IMG/VR virus record: IMGVR_UViG_3300020596_000001
Location: 545-64,544 of that record
DNA length: 64,000 bases
Reading direction: 5' to 3' (one strand)
Source: a virus
Taxonomy: Duplodnaviria; Caudoviricetes
Below the pieces are notes generated by a model. The model did not search any database. It was given only the letters and a program-made list of their open reading frames with translations, and was not told the origin of the DNA. The stretch's first letter is position 1. Each line of letters opens with the position of its first letter. Below, one piece after another: positions 47,015 through 55,571 of this stretch. Made by a program: the position numbers and the translations under genes.

Positions 47015-47538
47015 TGACATGGCGCATAGATGACCCCCAGGGCGGCGAGTCGGACAAGATCAAGTACCTGATCGTCCCATACACGCGCGGCAAAGGCATC
47101 GATCTGGGCTGCGGCCCGAAGAAGGCCTACCCGCACATGATCGGCGTGGACAGTTGCAAGGACACGGAGCTGTTCGGCATCCAGATGAAGCCCGACGTCG
47201 TGTGCGATGACGCGACCAATCTGGACTTCATCGAGGACGGCGACCTCGACTTCATCTTTTCCAGTCACCTTATTGAACATCTAGACAATCCGCTTGATGC
47301 GTTGAAAGACTGGTTCAGAACGCTGAAAGTCGGCGGTCACTTGGTCTTGTACTACCCGGATCCAAATGAATATCCGCGCGTAGGAACATATGGATCGAAT
47401 CCAGATCACAAGGCAGACTACCAGCCAGAGGACATGATTGCGCTGATGGAACAGGTTGGCAGTTGGGACTTGCTTGTGAATGAACGTCGCAACGGCGGAA
47501 CAGAGTATTCAATTTTGCAGGTGTTCAAAAAGATATGA
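47014..47538 (+). CDS. Class I SAM-dependent methyltransferase (Methyltransf_11-like)
   Basis: GIDLGCG..IGVD..DFIFSSHLIEH..WFRTLKVGGHLVLYYP..NPDHK. Confidence 0.88.
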   Translation: MTWRIDDPQGGESDKIKYLIVPYTRGKGIDLGCGPKKAYPHMIGVDSCKDTELFGIQMKPDVVCDDATNLDFIEDGDLDFIFSSHLIEHLDNPLDALKDWFRTLKVGGHLVLYYPDPNEYPRVGTYGSNPDHKADYQPEDMIALMEQVGSWDLLVNERRNGGTEYSILQVFKKI

Positions 47539-47756
47539 AGCCAGTCACTATTTATGCTCTATGTTCTTCAAGGGCAAAAGCCCCAATGCCGGAAGATGTA
47601 CGAAGGAAGATTTCCGTCGCCAACAAGGGCCGTGTGGTTGGGATTGAGACACGACAAAGGATGGTGGCATCAAGCAGGTTGCGGTGGACGGCTGAAGCGA
47701 GAGCAGAGGCCGCTCGAAAAACTATTGCTGCAAATGCGCGTAAGGCGGCCACATGA
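47535..47756 (+). pseudogene. Internally deleted homing endonuclease (GIY-YIG-type start plus NUMOD3)
   Basis: MKPVTIYAL.. followed directly by PEDVRRKISVANKGRVVGIETRQRM; no catalytic core. Confidence 0.55.
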
Positions 47757-48832
47757 CCGAATACAAGCATCTGCACTCGTGGCGTGATCCCAAGCCTGAG
47801 AAGACCGCATGCGTGGTCAGATATGGCGGCTTTGGAGATATGCTGCAAAGCTCCAACATCCTGCCAGAGCTCAAGCGCCAAGGGTTCCACGTGACCATGA
47901 TGACGACCCCGCGCGGGCACGAAATCGTCAAGCATGACCCGCACATCGATGCATTCTTCATGCAAGATGTCGACCAGGTGCCGAACCAGGAACTGGCCGA
48001 CTTCTGGGCAGTGCAGGCCACGCGGTTCGATCGGTTCATCAACCTGTCCGAGTCGGTCGAGGGCACGCTGCTGGCCATGCCGGGCCGGGCGAATCACCTG
48101 TGGCCCGACAATCTGCGCCGCGAACTGCTGGGGCAGAACTACCTCGAATTCACGGCCAAGCTGGCGCAGATCCCGTACCGCTCAGAGGCCCGGTTCTACG
48201 CATCCGAGGACGAAACGCTCAAGGCCAAGGCGTATCTGGCCGACATCAAGAACACGCTGGCCGGGCCGCTCAAGATCGGCATGCGCGCCCCGCCACGGTT
48301 CAACATCCTTTGGTGCCTTGCAGGCTCGAGCATCCACAAGTTCTACCCGGCCCAGGACGAGGTCATCGCAAACGTGATGCGCTCCATCCCAGAGGCTGTG
48401 ATCGTGTTCAGTGGGGACATCGCCTGCAAAATCCTCGAAACCGGTTGGGAGAAAGAGCCCCGCGTGCGGTGCACATCGGGCGAGATGGACGTGCGCGACA
48501 GTTTGGCCCTGGCCCAAGTGGTGGATTGCGTGGTCGGGCCAGAGACCGGAACGCTCAATGCCGTGGCGTTTGAGCAGGTCCCCAAGGTGATCATGCTGTC
48601 GCACTCGTCCCACGAGAACCTGACCAAGCACTGGGTCAACACAGCGGTCTTGACGCCTGCCAACACCGATTGCTACCCCTGTCACCGCCTGCACTACACG
48701 CGCGAGTTCTGCCATGAGGACGCGGCAACCGGTGCGGCCGTGTGCCAGAAGAACATCGACCCCAATCGGGTGTTTGAGGCGATACACGCAGCCTACCAAC
48801 AGTACAAACAGTACAAACGGAGTCACCCATGA
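47753..48832 (+). CDS. GT9-family (ADP-heptose-type) glycosyltransferase
   Basis: VVRYGGFGDML..LKRQGFHVT..DPHID; GSSIHKFYP; VVGPETGTLNAVA..VPKVIM; C-terminal CYPCH..C..C. Confidence 0.8.
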   Translation: MTEYKHLHSWRDPKPEKTACVVRYGGFGDMLQSSNILPELKRQGFHVTMMTTPRGHEIVKHDPHIDAFFMQDVDQVPNQELADFWAVQATRFDRFINLSESVEGTLLAMPGRANHLWPDNLRRELLGQNYLEFTAKLAQIPYRSEARFYASEDETLKAKAYLADIKNTLAGPLKIGMRAPPRFNILWCLAGSSIHKFYPAQDEVIANVMRSIPEAVIVFSGDIACKILETGWEKEPRVRCTSGEMDVRDSLALAQVVDCVVGPETGTLNAVAFEQVPKVIMLSHSSHENLTKHWVNTAVLTPANTDCYPCHRLHYTREFCHEDAATGAAVCQKNIDPNRVFEAIHAAYQQYKQYKRSHP

Positions 48833-49491
48833 CGCTCTCAGAAATGATCAAGCTGGCCCGGCGCCGCTCCGACGATCTGGTGGAGGACTACCGAATCTCA
48901 AAGGCCGAATACTTTGACTTTGCCAACGAGGCGCAGGACGAGGCATGCCGGCGCTCCCGGCTGATCCTGGACTCCACGACGGCGGCCATCTGCCAAATCG
49001 CCCTGGTCAGTGGCACGGCAACCTACGACCTCGATGACCGGGTGCTGTTCGTGCGCCGGGTCAAACTGTCCACCATCACGCCTGTCCTGGCTCGGGTCAG
49101 CCGTAAGACGCTCGATGTCGGCGCGCCCGATTGGGAGACCGAGACCGGGCAGCCGCGCGGCTACGTGCCGGACATGGAGGACGGTGTGCTTCGCCCGTAC
49201 CCAACACCGGATGCAAGCTACACGGCAAAACTGACGGTGGTGCGCATGCCGCTGGTGTCCATGACCGACGGCGATGAAGAACCCGAAATCAGGTCGCGCC
49301 ATCACCGCATGCTGGTCGAGTGGATGCTGTACCGGGCCTACTCGAAAGAGGACTCGGAGATCTACAGCCCCAAGAAGGCATCCGAATGCCTGGCCATGTT
49401 CGAGTCCGAGTTTGGCCGGCGCTCCACCGCGCAGGACGAATCGTGGATCGAGCGCGAGCACGGGTATGAGACCGATGAGGGTGTCTACTAG
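48829..49491 (+). CDS. Head-tail adaptor/connector protein
   Basis: MTLSEMI..ANEAQDEAC..LRPYPTPD..PEI..HHRMLVEW.LYRAY.K.D.E. Confidence 0.75.
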   Translation: MTLSEMIKLARRRSDDLVEDYRISKAEYFDFANEAQDEACRRSRLILDSTTAAICQIALVSGTATYDLDDRVLFVRRVKLSTITPVLARVSRKTLDVGAPDWETETGQPRGYVPDMEDGVLRPYPTPDASYTAKLTVVRMPLVSMTDGDEEPEIRSRHHRMLVEWMLYRAYSKEDSEIYSPKKASECLAMFESEFGRRSTAQDESWIEREHGYETDEGVY

Positions 49492-49494
49492 GCT

Positions 49495-49539
49495 TTGCCC
49501 CCGGCAATGTTAGCCAAATGAGGTAGACGGCGCGACCAT
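49495..49539 (+). promoter_or_regulatory. Putative late promoter motif, copy 6
   Basis: TTGCCCCCGGC-AATGTTA-GCCAAA-N15-GACCAT, then 7 nt to GTG 49547. Confidence 0.7.
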
Positions 49540-49546
49540 CGGCGCC

Positions 49547-50713
49547 GTGAAACCATCAAACGTCACCGCCTTTCGAGGCCTGAACACCACGGCTGACCCG
49601 CTCAGGCTGGGTCTTGGCTGGCTGTCCACGGCCAACAACGTCAACGTGCGCAGCGACGGCGCCATCGAGGCGCGCGAGGGTTACTCCCTGCACGCAGCCG
49701 GGACCAGCATCACGTCGGCATTCTCGAGCGCAGACTTCCAACGCGCCTGGTACGTCGACAGCGGCACTGTCAAGACCCTGGCCGGCGCCAATGTGACCAC
49801 GATCACAAGCACGGCGTATTTGCACTGGGCCGAGGTCAACCGCGAGGCGTTCTACAACAACGGCGTGGACTCCGGGATCATCCTGGGCGACAACTCGGTG
49901 ATCCCGTGGCGCTGGACGGTGCCATACCCTCCGACGCTGGCCGCAGTTGCCGGGACGCTGGACGCTGGCCTGTACCGGGTGGTGACGACCTTCGTCCTGC
50001 CCGACGGGCGCGAGACCGGGCCCAGTGAGCCGTCCGGGATCGTACTGGCCGACGGTCAAGCCCTGCAGATCAGCGGCATCCACCTCGACGCCCCGAACAG
50101 CACCCGCGTCTACATCGCCCCTGCCAACTCCAGCGTTTTCCAACTTGCCAGCTACGACAGCGCGGCAGCCATGGTCTGGGACGCGCCAACCGAGTCTCTG
50201 GGCTTTGATCTGGCAACGGATGGCATGGACCCGCTCCCGATGGACGCAACCGTCATTGCGTTCTGGTCGGGCCGGGCCTACGCAGCGCAGTACATGGCCG
50301 GCGACGGCATGACGGCGCTGTGGCACTCGCAGCCGATGGGCTTTCACCTGTTCGACCTATCTATCGACTTTCACGCCATCCCCGGCGAGATTGTGATGCT
50401 CGCTCCAACACCGGGCGCACTGGTGATCGGCACGCGCACAGAGATTTACGCACTGACCTCCGAGGGCTTGCAGCTGCTGGCCGACTACGGCACGGTGCCC
50501 GGCCGGCATTGGGCGACGGACGCAGCCGGATCGATCGTTTTCTGGACGCTTCGCGGCATGTGCCGTGCGATGCCGTTCACCAACCTCACACAGGGCCACC
50601 TATCGGTCGCCCCCGGAGTCCAAGCCGGCGCATCGGTGATCGAGCGCGACGGACAGAAGCGGTTCGTTGTCTCCCTACACCAGGGCGGCTCGGCTTTTAA
50701 CAAACGTATTTGA
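49547..50713 (+). CDS. Tail structural protein (nozzle/stabiliser-like)
   Basis: FRGLN..ANNVN..G.IEAREGY N-terminus typical of podoviral tail proteins. Confidence 0.6.
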   Translation: MKPSNVTAFRGLNTTADPLRLGLGWLSTANNVNVRSDGAIEAREGYSLHAAGTSITSAFSSADFQRAWYVDSGTVKTLAGANVTTITSTAYLHWAEVNREAFYNNGVDSGIILGDNSVIPWRWTVPYPPTLAAVAGTLDAGLYRVVTTFVLPDGRETGPSEPSGIVLADGQALQISGIHLDAPNSTRVYIAPANSSVFQLASYDSAAAMVWDAPTESLGFDLATDGMDPLPMDATVIAFWSGRAYAAQYMAGDGMTALWHSQPMGFHLFDLSIDFHAIPGEIVMLAPTPGALVIGTRTEIYALTSEGLQLLADYGTVPGRHWATDAAGSIVFWTLRGMCRAMPFTNLTQGHLSVAPGVQAGASVIERDGQKRFVVSLHQGGSAFNKRI

Positions 50714-50725
50714 AGGAGTATCGCT

Positions 50726-51502
50726 ATGACGTGGAGATTTTCAACCGGCCTGCGTAACGCATTGGCCCAAAGCGTCGGCTTTGCTGGCGCCCTGAATCGT
50801 GGCTACATCAGCATCTACTCCGGTAGTCAACCCGCAACGGCTGATGCGGTGTTCTCGGGCACGCTGCTGCTCACTCTGTCGGCAAGCTCCGGCGCCCTGA
50901 CCAAGGAAACTCGCGCAACCGGGTCGTTCACGATCGCTGGCGCATCCGGAAGCATCGATACGATCACGGTCGGCGGTCTGAACATCATCCCTGATAGCAC
51001 AGTCCCGTTCAACACCACCTTGAACCAGACCGCATCTGATGTGGCTGACGCGATCAACCGCAACGGCATGTTTGAGGCAACGGTCTCGGCTGCAACGGTC
51101 ACGCTCATGGGTCGCCGCGGCACGGGGGTTACAACCGCAGCGGTCTCGGGCAGTGGCACTACCCTGACTGTCGGAACACTGGTGAACATGGGCTCAGGCA
51201 TCGCAGGAGTCAAACCGCTCAACGGCCTGTTCCTGGCGTCCCCGCTGACAGGTGTGATTGCCAAGCCCACCACGCAGGTCTGGAGCGGCGTGGGTGTCGC
51301 CGCTGGCACCGCAGGCTGGGGCCGGTTCTTCTCCAGCAACGGCAACGACTCTGGTGCGGTTATCTCCGGGGCGCCTTTCTACCCGCGCTTGGACGGCTCG
51401 TGCGGCGTCGGGTCGGGCGACTTCCAGCTGTCCACGCTGGCTATCGTCGTCGGCCTGCCAGTGACGCTTGACACCTTCCAGATCACCATGCCGGCTGCGT
51501 GA
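50726..51502 (+). CDS. Virion structural protein (paralog of 6799..7206 with an insertion)
   Basis: FSTGLRNAL..IYSGSQPATAD..GTLL..GTAGWGRF..DGSCG..DFQL. Confidence 0.65.
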   Translation: MTWRFSTGLRNALAQSVGFAGALNRGYISIYSGSQPATADAVFSGTLLLTLSASSGALTKETRATGSFTIAGASGSIDTITVGGLNIIPDSTVPFNTTLNQTASDVADAINRNGMFEATVSAATVTLMGRRGTGVTTAAVSGSGTTLTVGTLVNMGSGIAGVKPLNGLFLASPLTGVIAKPTTQVWSGVGVAAGTAGWGRFFSSNGNDSGAVISGAPFYPRLDGSCGVGSGDFQLSTLAIVVGLPVTLDTFQITMPAA

Positions 51503-51508
51503 TGACTG

Positions 51509-53743
51509 ATGGAGCACAAGTTAATCGAGGGCGGCGAGAAGTACCTTGCCCTTGCCCGCAGTGAAATCAAACGCTTGAGGGCGACGGGGCTTCCCTACGC
51601 CACCAAGCGGCTTGTGTTCCCCGACGCCACGGTGCGCGTCCAGATCATCGACGACATCGACTTCATCCACATCACGGGTGGCGGGGCCAAGATCCCGATG
51701 GACTCAGGTGTGGTTGCAGTTGTCAGCATTGGGGAGGCCAACCCGGCCACCAAGGAGCCCGGCACCCTGCATGAGACAACCTACGTGCAGGACTACAACA
51801 CGCCGTTCGTGCTGCCAAATGCCGAAGCCACGGTCCGACTCAACCCGAACACCGGCAACACCGGGCAGTTCTCGGGCATCCTGAAGAACACCGGGCAAAA
51901 GTTCAAGGGCTCTGTGCCCATCGATGTGAGTTTTGCCAAGTCGTTCGATGCGCCAACGGGCGAAGCAGCGGCAGACTGGGAGGCCGCGATAGCCGACAAG
52001 AAGACCACGTCGGTCCTGTGCCCGGCCTCGATGTTCACCGGCAAGTGCCGCCTGTACGTGCAGGCCCTGTACGGCGCGCATATGGTCAAGGGAAAATCGA
52101 CTCCGTTTCGCCTGTCGGGCCTGTCCGGCGCCCCGTCGCTGTACGTTGACAACCGAACCAGTAGTGAGGCCGCTGTGCTGGTGTCCACCGGGTGCGGCGT
52201 GTATCTGGACAAGAAGCGCGGCAATCACTGGCTGTTCTCGACCAATGGCACTCCGGTCAGGGGGTGGCCGCTCAAAGCGCCATCGGCTGTCGAGGCGCTG
52301 CGCAAGCACCTGATCACAGAGGTCTCGGAGACCAACACGAAACTGTCAACCTTGAACGAAGAAGACCAGGAGCACTTGGAGACCTACATCCTGTCGCAGT
52401 GCCTGCCAAAGGGCGACGGCAGATCAGCATTCCTCAGGCCAGACACGACAGACACCTGGTACGGCGCATCGAACCCCTACTCAATGGGGTACTCGTGGCA
52501 CTGGAACTGGGACGGGAAAAAAGCCGACGCAGTGACGAATGGGACGATTGAGCAGGACGCCAACAACGCGGCCATGCAGTCGCTTTGGCACAAGGCCACG
52601 ATCACGCAGAGCGGCGCAGAGAGTTTTGAATGGAGCGAGGTAGACGTCGATCCTGGTGTGCTCCAGACATGGACGGTCTACCGAACCCAGTGGACCATTG
52701 CAGAACCGGATTGGGGGTCGTACTACCTAACCAAAACTACGCCACAAAGCAGTCTGGTTTCTGCGTGCGATGCCACGTTCTACGTGTTCTACAACCGAAA
52801 CGAACTGGTGAAGTGCAGTGTGTCGGTGCGAGACCATGAAGGAGAGGCCGCCATCGTGACTTATGGCAACGGGGCCAATGGTGGCCCTCCCAGTGCCGGA
52901 ATCAACTGCTACACGACCGGCAACAAACCAGGATCGCGTCGCTCCGCAGGCGGATCAAGCGCGTACTCGTATGCCGTGTTTTCGTGCGGGGCCAAGCAAA
53001 CGCCAATCCTCTCAACAACCAAAACTACGGTAGTTGCCAACATCGAAGTGAAGGACAAGGTTTTTGGCGACTTCACGGCCTACACCGGTGCGGGCGATTC
53101 CGCATACCGAGAATTTGGAGTGTCCGAAGACGACGGAACAAACTACCACGTACAAGGAATTACCGGCTATCTGGTCGATGGCCCCATGTGCAAGTCTATG
53201 ACATTCACAACCGTAGACTCTGGAACTACAGAGCGTGAGTACGGCATTGCCACTGTCGTCGTTCCTTTTTATGATGCAGAAGCCATATACCTGCAGGCAA
53301 GTACCGAGAAGACGACGACTACAGACTCCAACACAACGCGCTACATGCTCAACAATTTTGGACCGCTCGGGGCATTCTTGATTCAGTCTGTTGTCAGCCC
53401 GTTGGGCGGTGATGATCGCGTTTACTTTCGGCGAGCGCAGGAATGGGGGGCATATGTGGCTGATCAACACGTGCAAGCATCCCCGAATGAAACCATCATC
53501 CCAGACCCTGTCATCGAGTGGTCAGGAAGTGAATCACTGATCTGCCACGCTGGCATTCTTGATGCGACATTCGAGAACATGGGCGTATTTCACAGCAACG
53601 GCGAAAGCACTATCCCGTCCGCTTTTTATACCCTGAGTGGGACCAAGAACGACGAGGATGCCGCCGTCATATCGAACAACCTCGTGGCCAACCCATACGG
53701 CGCACCCGGCGTAGCCGTCCCGGTCCTGGTGGGCTGGGTCTGA
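51509..53743 (+). CDS. Large tail/virion protein
   Basis: 744 aa, beta-rich, in the tail module. Confidence 0.6.
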   Translation: MEHKLIEGGEKYLALARSEIKRLRATGLPYATKRLVFPDATVRVQIIDDIDFIHITGGGAKIPMDSGVVAVVSIGEANPATKEPGTLHETTYVQDYNTPFVLPNAEATVRLNPNTGNTGQFSGILKNTGQKFKGSVPIDVSFAKSFDAPTGEAAADWEAAIADKKTTSVLCPASMFTGKCRLYVQALYGAHMVKGKSTPFRLSGLSGAPSLYVDNRTSSEAAVLVSTGCGVYLDKKRGNHWLFSTNGTPVRGWPLKAPSAVEALRKHLITEVSETNTKLSTLNEEDQEHLETYILSQCLPKGDGRSAFLRPDTTDTWYGASNPYSMGYSWHWNWDGKKADAVTNGTIEQDANNAAMQSLWHKATITQSGAESFEWSEVDVDPGVLQTWTVYRTQWTIAEPDWGSYYLTKTTPQSSLVSACDATFYVFYNRNELVKCSVSVRDHEGEAAIVTYGNGANGGPPSAGINCYTTGNKPGSRRSAGGSSAYSYAVFSCGAKQTPILSTTKTTVVANIEVKDKVFGDFTAYTGAGDSAYREFGVSEDDGTNYHVQGITGYLVDGPMCKSMTFTTVDSGTTEREYGIATVVVPFYDAEAIYLQASTEKTTTTDSNTTRYMLNNFGPLGAFLIQSVVSPLGGDDRVYFRRAQEWGAYVADQHVQASPNETIIPDPVIEWSGSESLICHAGILDATFENMGVFHSNGESTIPSAFYTLSGTKNDEDAAVISNNLVANPYGAPGVAVPVLVGWV

Positions 53744-53753
53744 AAGGAAAACC

Positions 53754-55571
53754 ATGGCAGTCCATCCCTACTACTGGCAATCGTCGCTCCTGCTCAACTT
53801 CGAGGACCCGAGTGCCACCACGTTCACGGACATCAGCCCGACGCCAAAGACGCCGACAGTGGTCGGTGGTGCTGTCAACAGCGCGACGCAGTTCAAGTCG
53901 GGGGCGAAGTCTCTTGCAACTGACGGATCGGGCGATTACCTCGAGTACGCACAGCACGCCGATTTCGATTTCGGCACTGGAGCGTTTCGTATTCGCTTGT
54001 GGCTCTGGCTCAATGCGATTACCACTGCGCGGGTGGCCCTTGCATATACGACGGCGGCGGCATCTACAGACGCTGAGCTTCCATTCTGGGTGTCCGTTAC
54101 AGCGGCTGGGAAACTGGAATTCAGGTTCTATGACAGCACCAACAGTCTGAGGCGGACACTTACCGGCGCCACCACGCTCGCAATAAACACCTGGTATCCC
54201 ATCGAGGTTGCGCGCACTGCGGCGGGCGATGTGTCTTTGCGCCTGAACGGCACCACTGATGCGACAACGACCAACTTTCCCGGCGCCGTCGGCACGGTAT
54301 CTGGCCGACTTCTGCGGGTTGGTCGGTACTCCAGTGCTTTCCCTCTGGAGTTGAACGGCTTCGTCGACGGCCTTGAAATCCTCAAGGGCACGTCGGGCGA
54401 GGGCGGCAACTACACGCCAACGTTCGATCTGTTCGAGGTCGCGCCACCCGCTACCGCTACTGCCGCTGTCACGATCCCTGCCCTGACGGCAGTGGGGTAT
54501 GGCGGCGCATCGGTGGACGCCACGATACCCGCGCCCACGATCTCCGCAGCCGCTGGTGGTAACGCTGAGGTAACGATACCGTTCCCGCAAATCCTGGCCC
54601 AAGGGCATGACGCTACGGGCGAGCGCGCTGCCGCCGTCGTGATCCCGTTCCCGCAGATCGTCGCTCTGGCAGGCGCACGCGCTGCGGTCACGATCCCGTT
54701 CCCGGTCATAGAAGCGTCGATGACGGTGCCGGTGCGGATAACGGCGAGTGTTGTCATCCCGTTCCCGCAGATCATCGCGCGCCTGACTGGCACCGAGCGC
54801 ATGACGGCAAGCGTCGTGATCCCATTCCCGCAGATCGATGCCAAAGGCGGCGGCAATGCAGAGGTCACGGTGCCGGCCTTCACCGCATCTGCGTCGGCCA
54901 CCGTCGGCGCAATCATGCAGGCGCTGGTCACGATCCCGTTCCCGCAGATCTCGGCCAGCGGCGCAGCGGGCATCGTGATAAACGCCTACGTCCTGATCCC
55001 GATGATCCAGTCGGTGCCCAATGGCAGGGCTTTTGTCGTGATCCCGTTCCCGACCATCGTGGCCAGAGGCAGCGCGGTTGTCGCAGTCACCTACGAGGCC
55101 TATGCGGTCAACCTGATGCCGGGTGAGAGCATGCCCAACCAGGTCACCCGGTACACCAACTACGCGTTCGACCACATCATCCGCCACCAGGACAGCTACT
55201 ACGGCTTCAAGTCTGGCGGGGTCTACCTGCTGGGGGGCGCGACCGACTACGCAGCCACACCGACCGCTGTGCCGTGGGACTGGAAGACCGCGATCACCGG
55301 GTTTGGCAGCCGGCAAAAGAAGCAGGTACGCGAGGGCTTCATCCACGGGCGCCTGGGTCCGAACGTGACCGCCAGCGTGTCGATTGGCGAGGCCGCAGAT
55401 GAAACCTATGCGGCAACGATCGTGCGCGGCAGCACTGCGCAGGCGCACCGGGTCAAGTACGGCAAGGGGCTGAAGGCTGAATTCTGGTCCTTCGGATTCT
55501 CCGGTACTGGCCCGACGTGCGATGTCGACTCAATGGAGCATGAGCCCGTAGAACTCACAAGGAGACTGTAA
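53754..55571 (+). CDS. LamG-domain protein with (V/I)xIPFPQI repeat stalk
   Basis: SLLLNFE..FDFGTGAF..NTWY..LNG..LRVGR..LNGFVDGLEILKG, then ~11 VTIPFPQI-type repeats. Confidence 0.75.
   Translation: MAVHPYYWQSSLLLNFEDPSATTFTDISPTPKTPTVVGGAVNSATQFKSGAKSLATDGSGDYLEYAQHADFDFGTGAFRIRLWLWLNAITTARVALAYTTAAASTDAELPFWVSVTAAGKLEFRFYDSTNSLRRTLTGATTLAINTWYPIEVARTAAGDVSLRLNGTTDATTTNFPGAVGTVSGRLLRVGRYSSAFPLELNGFVDGLEILKGTSGEGGNYTPTFDLFEVAPPATATAAVTIPALTAVGYGGASVDATIPAPTISAAAGGNAEVTIPFPQILAQGHDATGERAAAVVIPFPQIVALAGARAAVTIPFPVIEASMTVPVRITASVVIPFPQIIARLTGTERMTASVVIPFPQIDAKGGGNAEVTVPAFTASASATVGAIMQALVTIPFPQISASGAAGIVINAYVLIPMIQSVPNGRAFVVIPFPTIVARGSAVVAVTYEAYAVNLMPGESMPNQVTRYTNYAFDHIIRHQDSYYGFKSGGVYLLGGATDYAATPTAVPWDWKTAITGFGSRQKKQVREGFIHGRLGPNVTASVSIGEAADETYAATIVRGSTAQAHRVKYGKGLKAEFWSFGFSGTGPTCDVDSMEHEPVELTRRL
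54450..55065 (+). repeat. Coding repeats GATCCCGTTCCCGCAGATC (IPFPQI)
   Basis: Recurring in-frame DNA and peptide motif with variable spacing. Confidence 0.85.

Noticed and set aside
47535-47756. Group I intron joining the MTase and GT
   Set aside because: No recognisable core pairing elements; both flanks have ordinary ATGA-coupled stops and starts.
34261-48832. Heptose pathway as a DNA hypermodification system
   Set aside because: No base-activating enzyme (TET/JBP, dNMP hydroxymethylase) or phage DNA polymerase was recognised, and the GT sits among head genes. Disfavoured, not excluded.
54450-55065. Recurring ~19-bp DNA motif resembling a CRISPR array
   Set aside because: The copies are degenerate at third codon positions, in frame, and encode IPFPQI; no cas genes are present.
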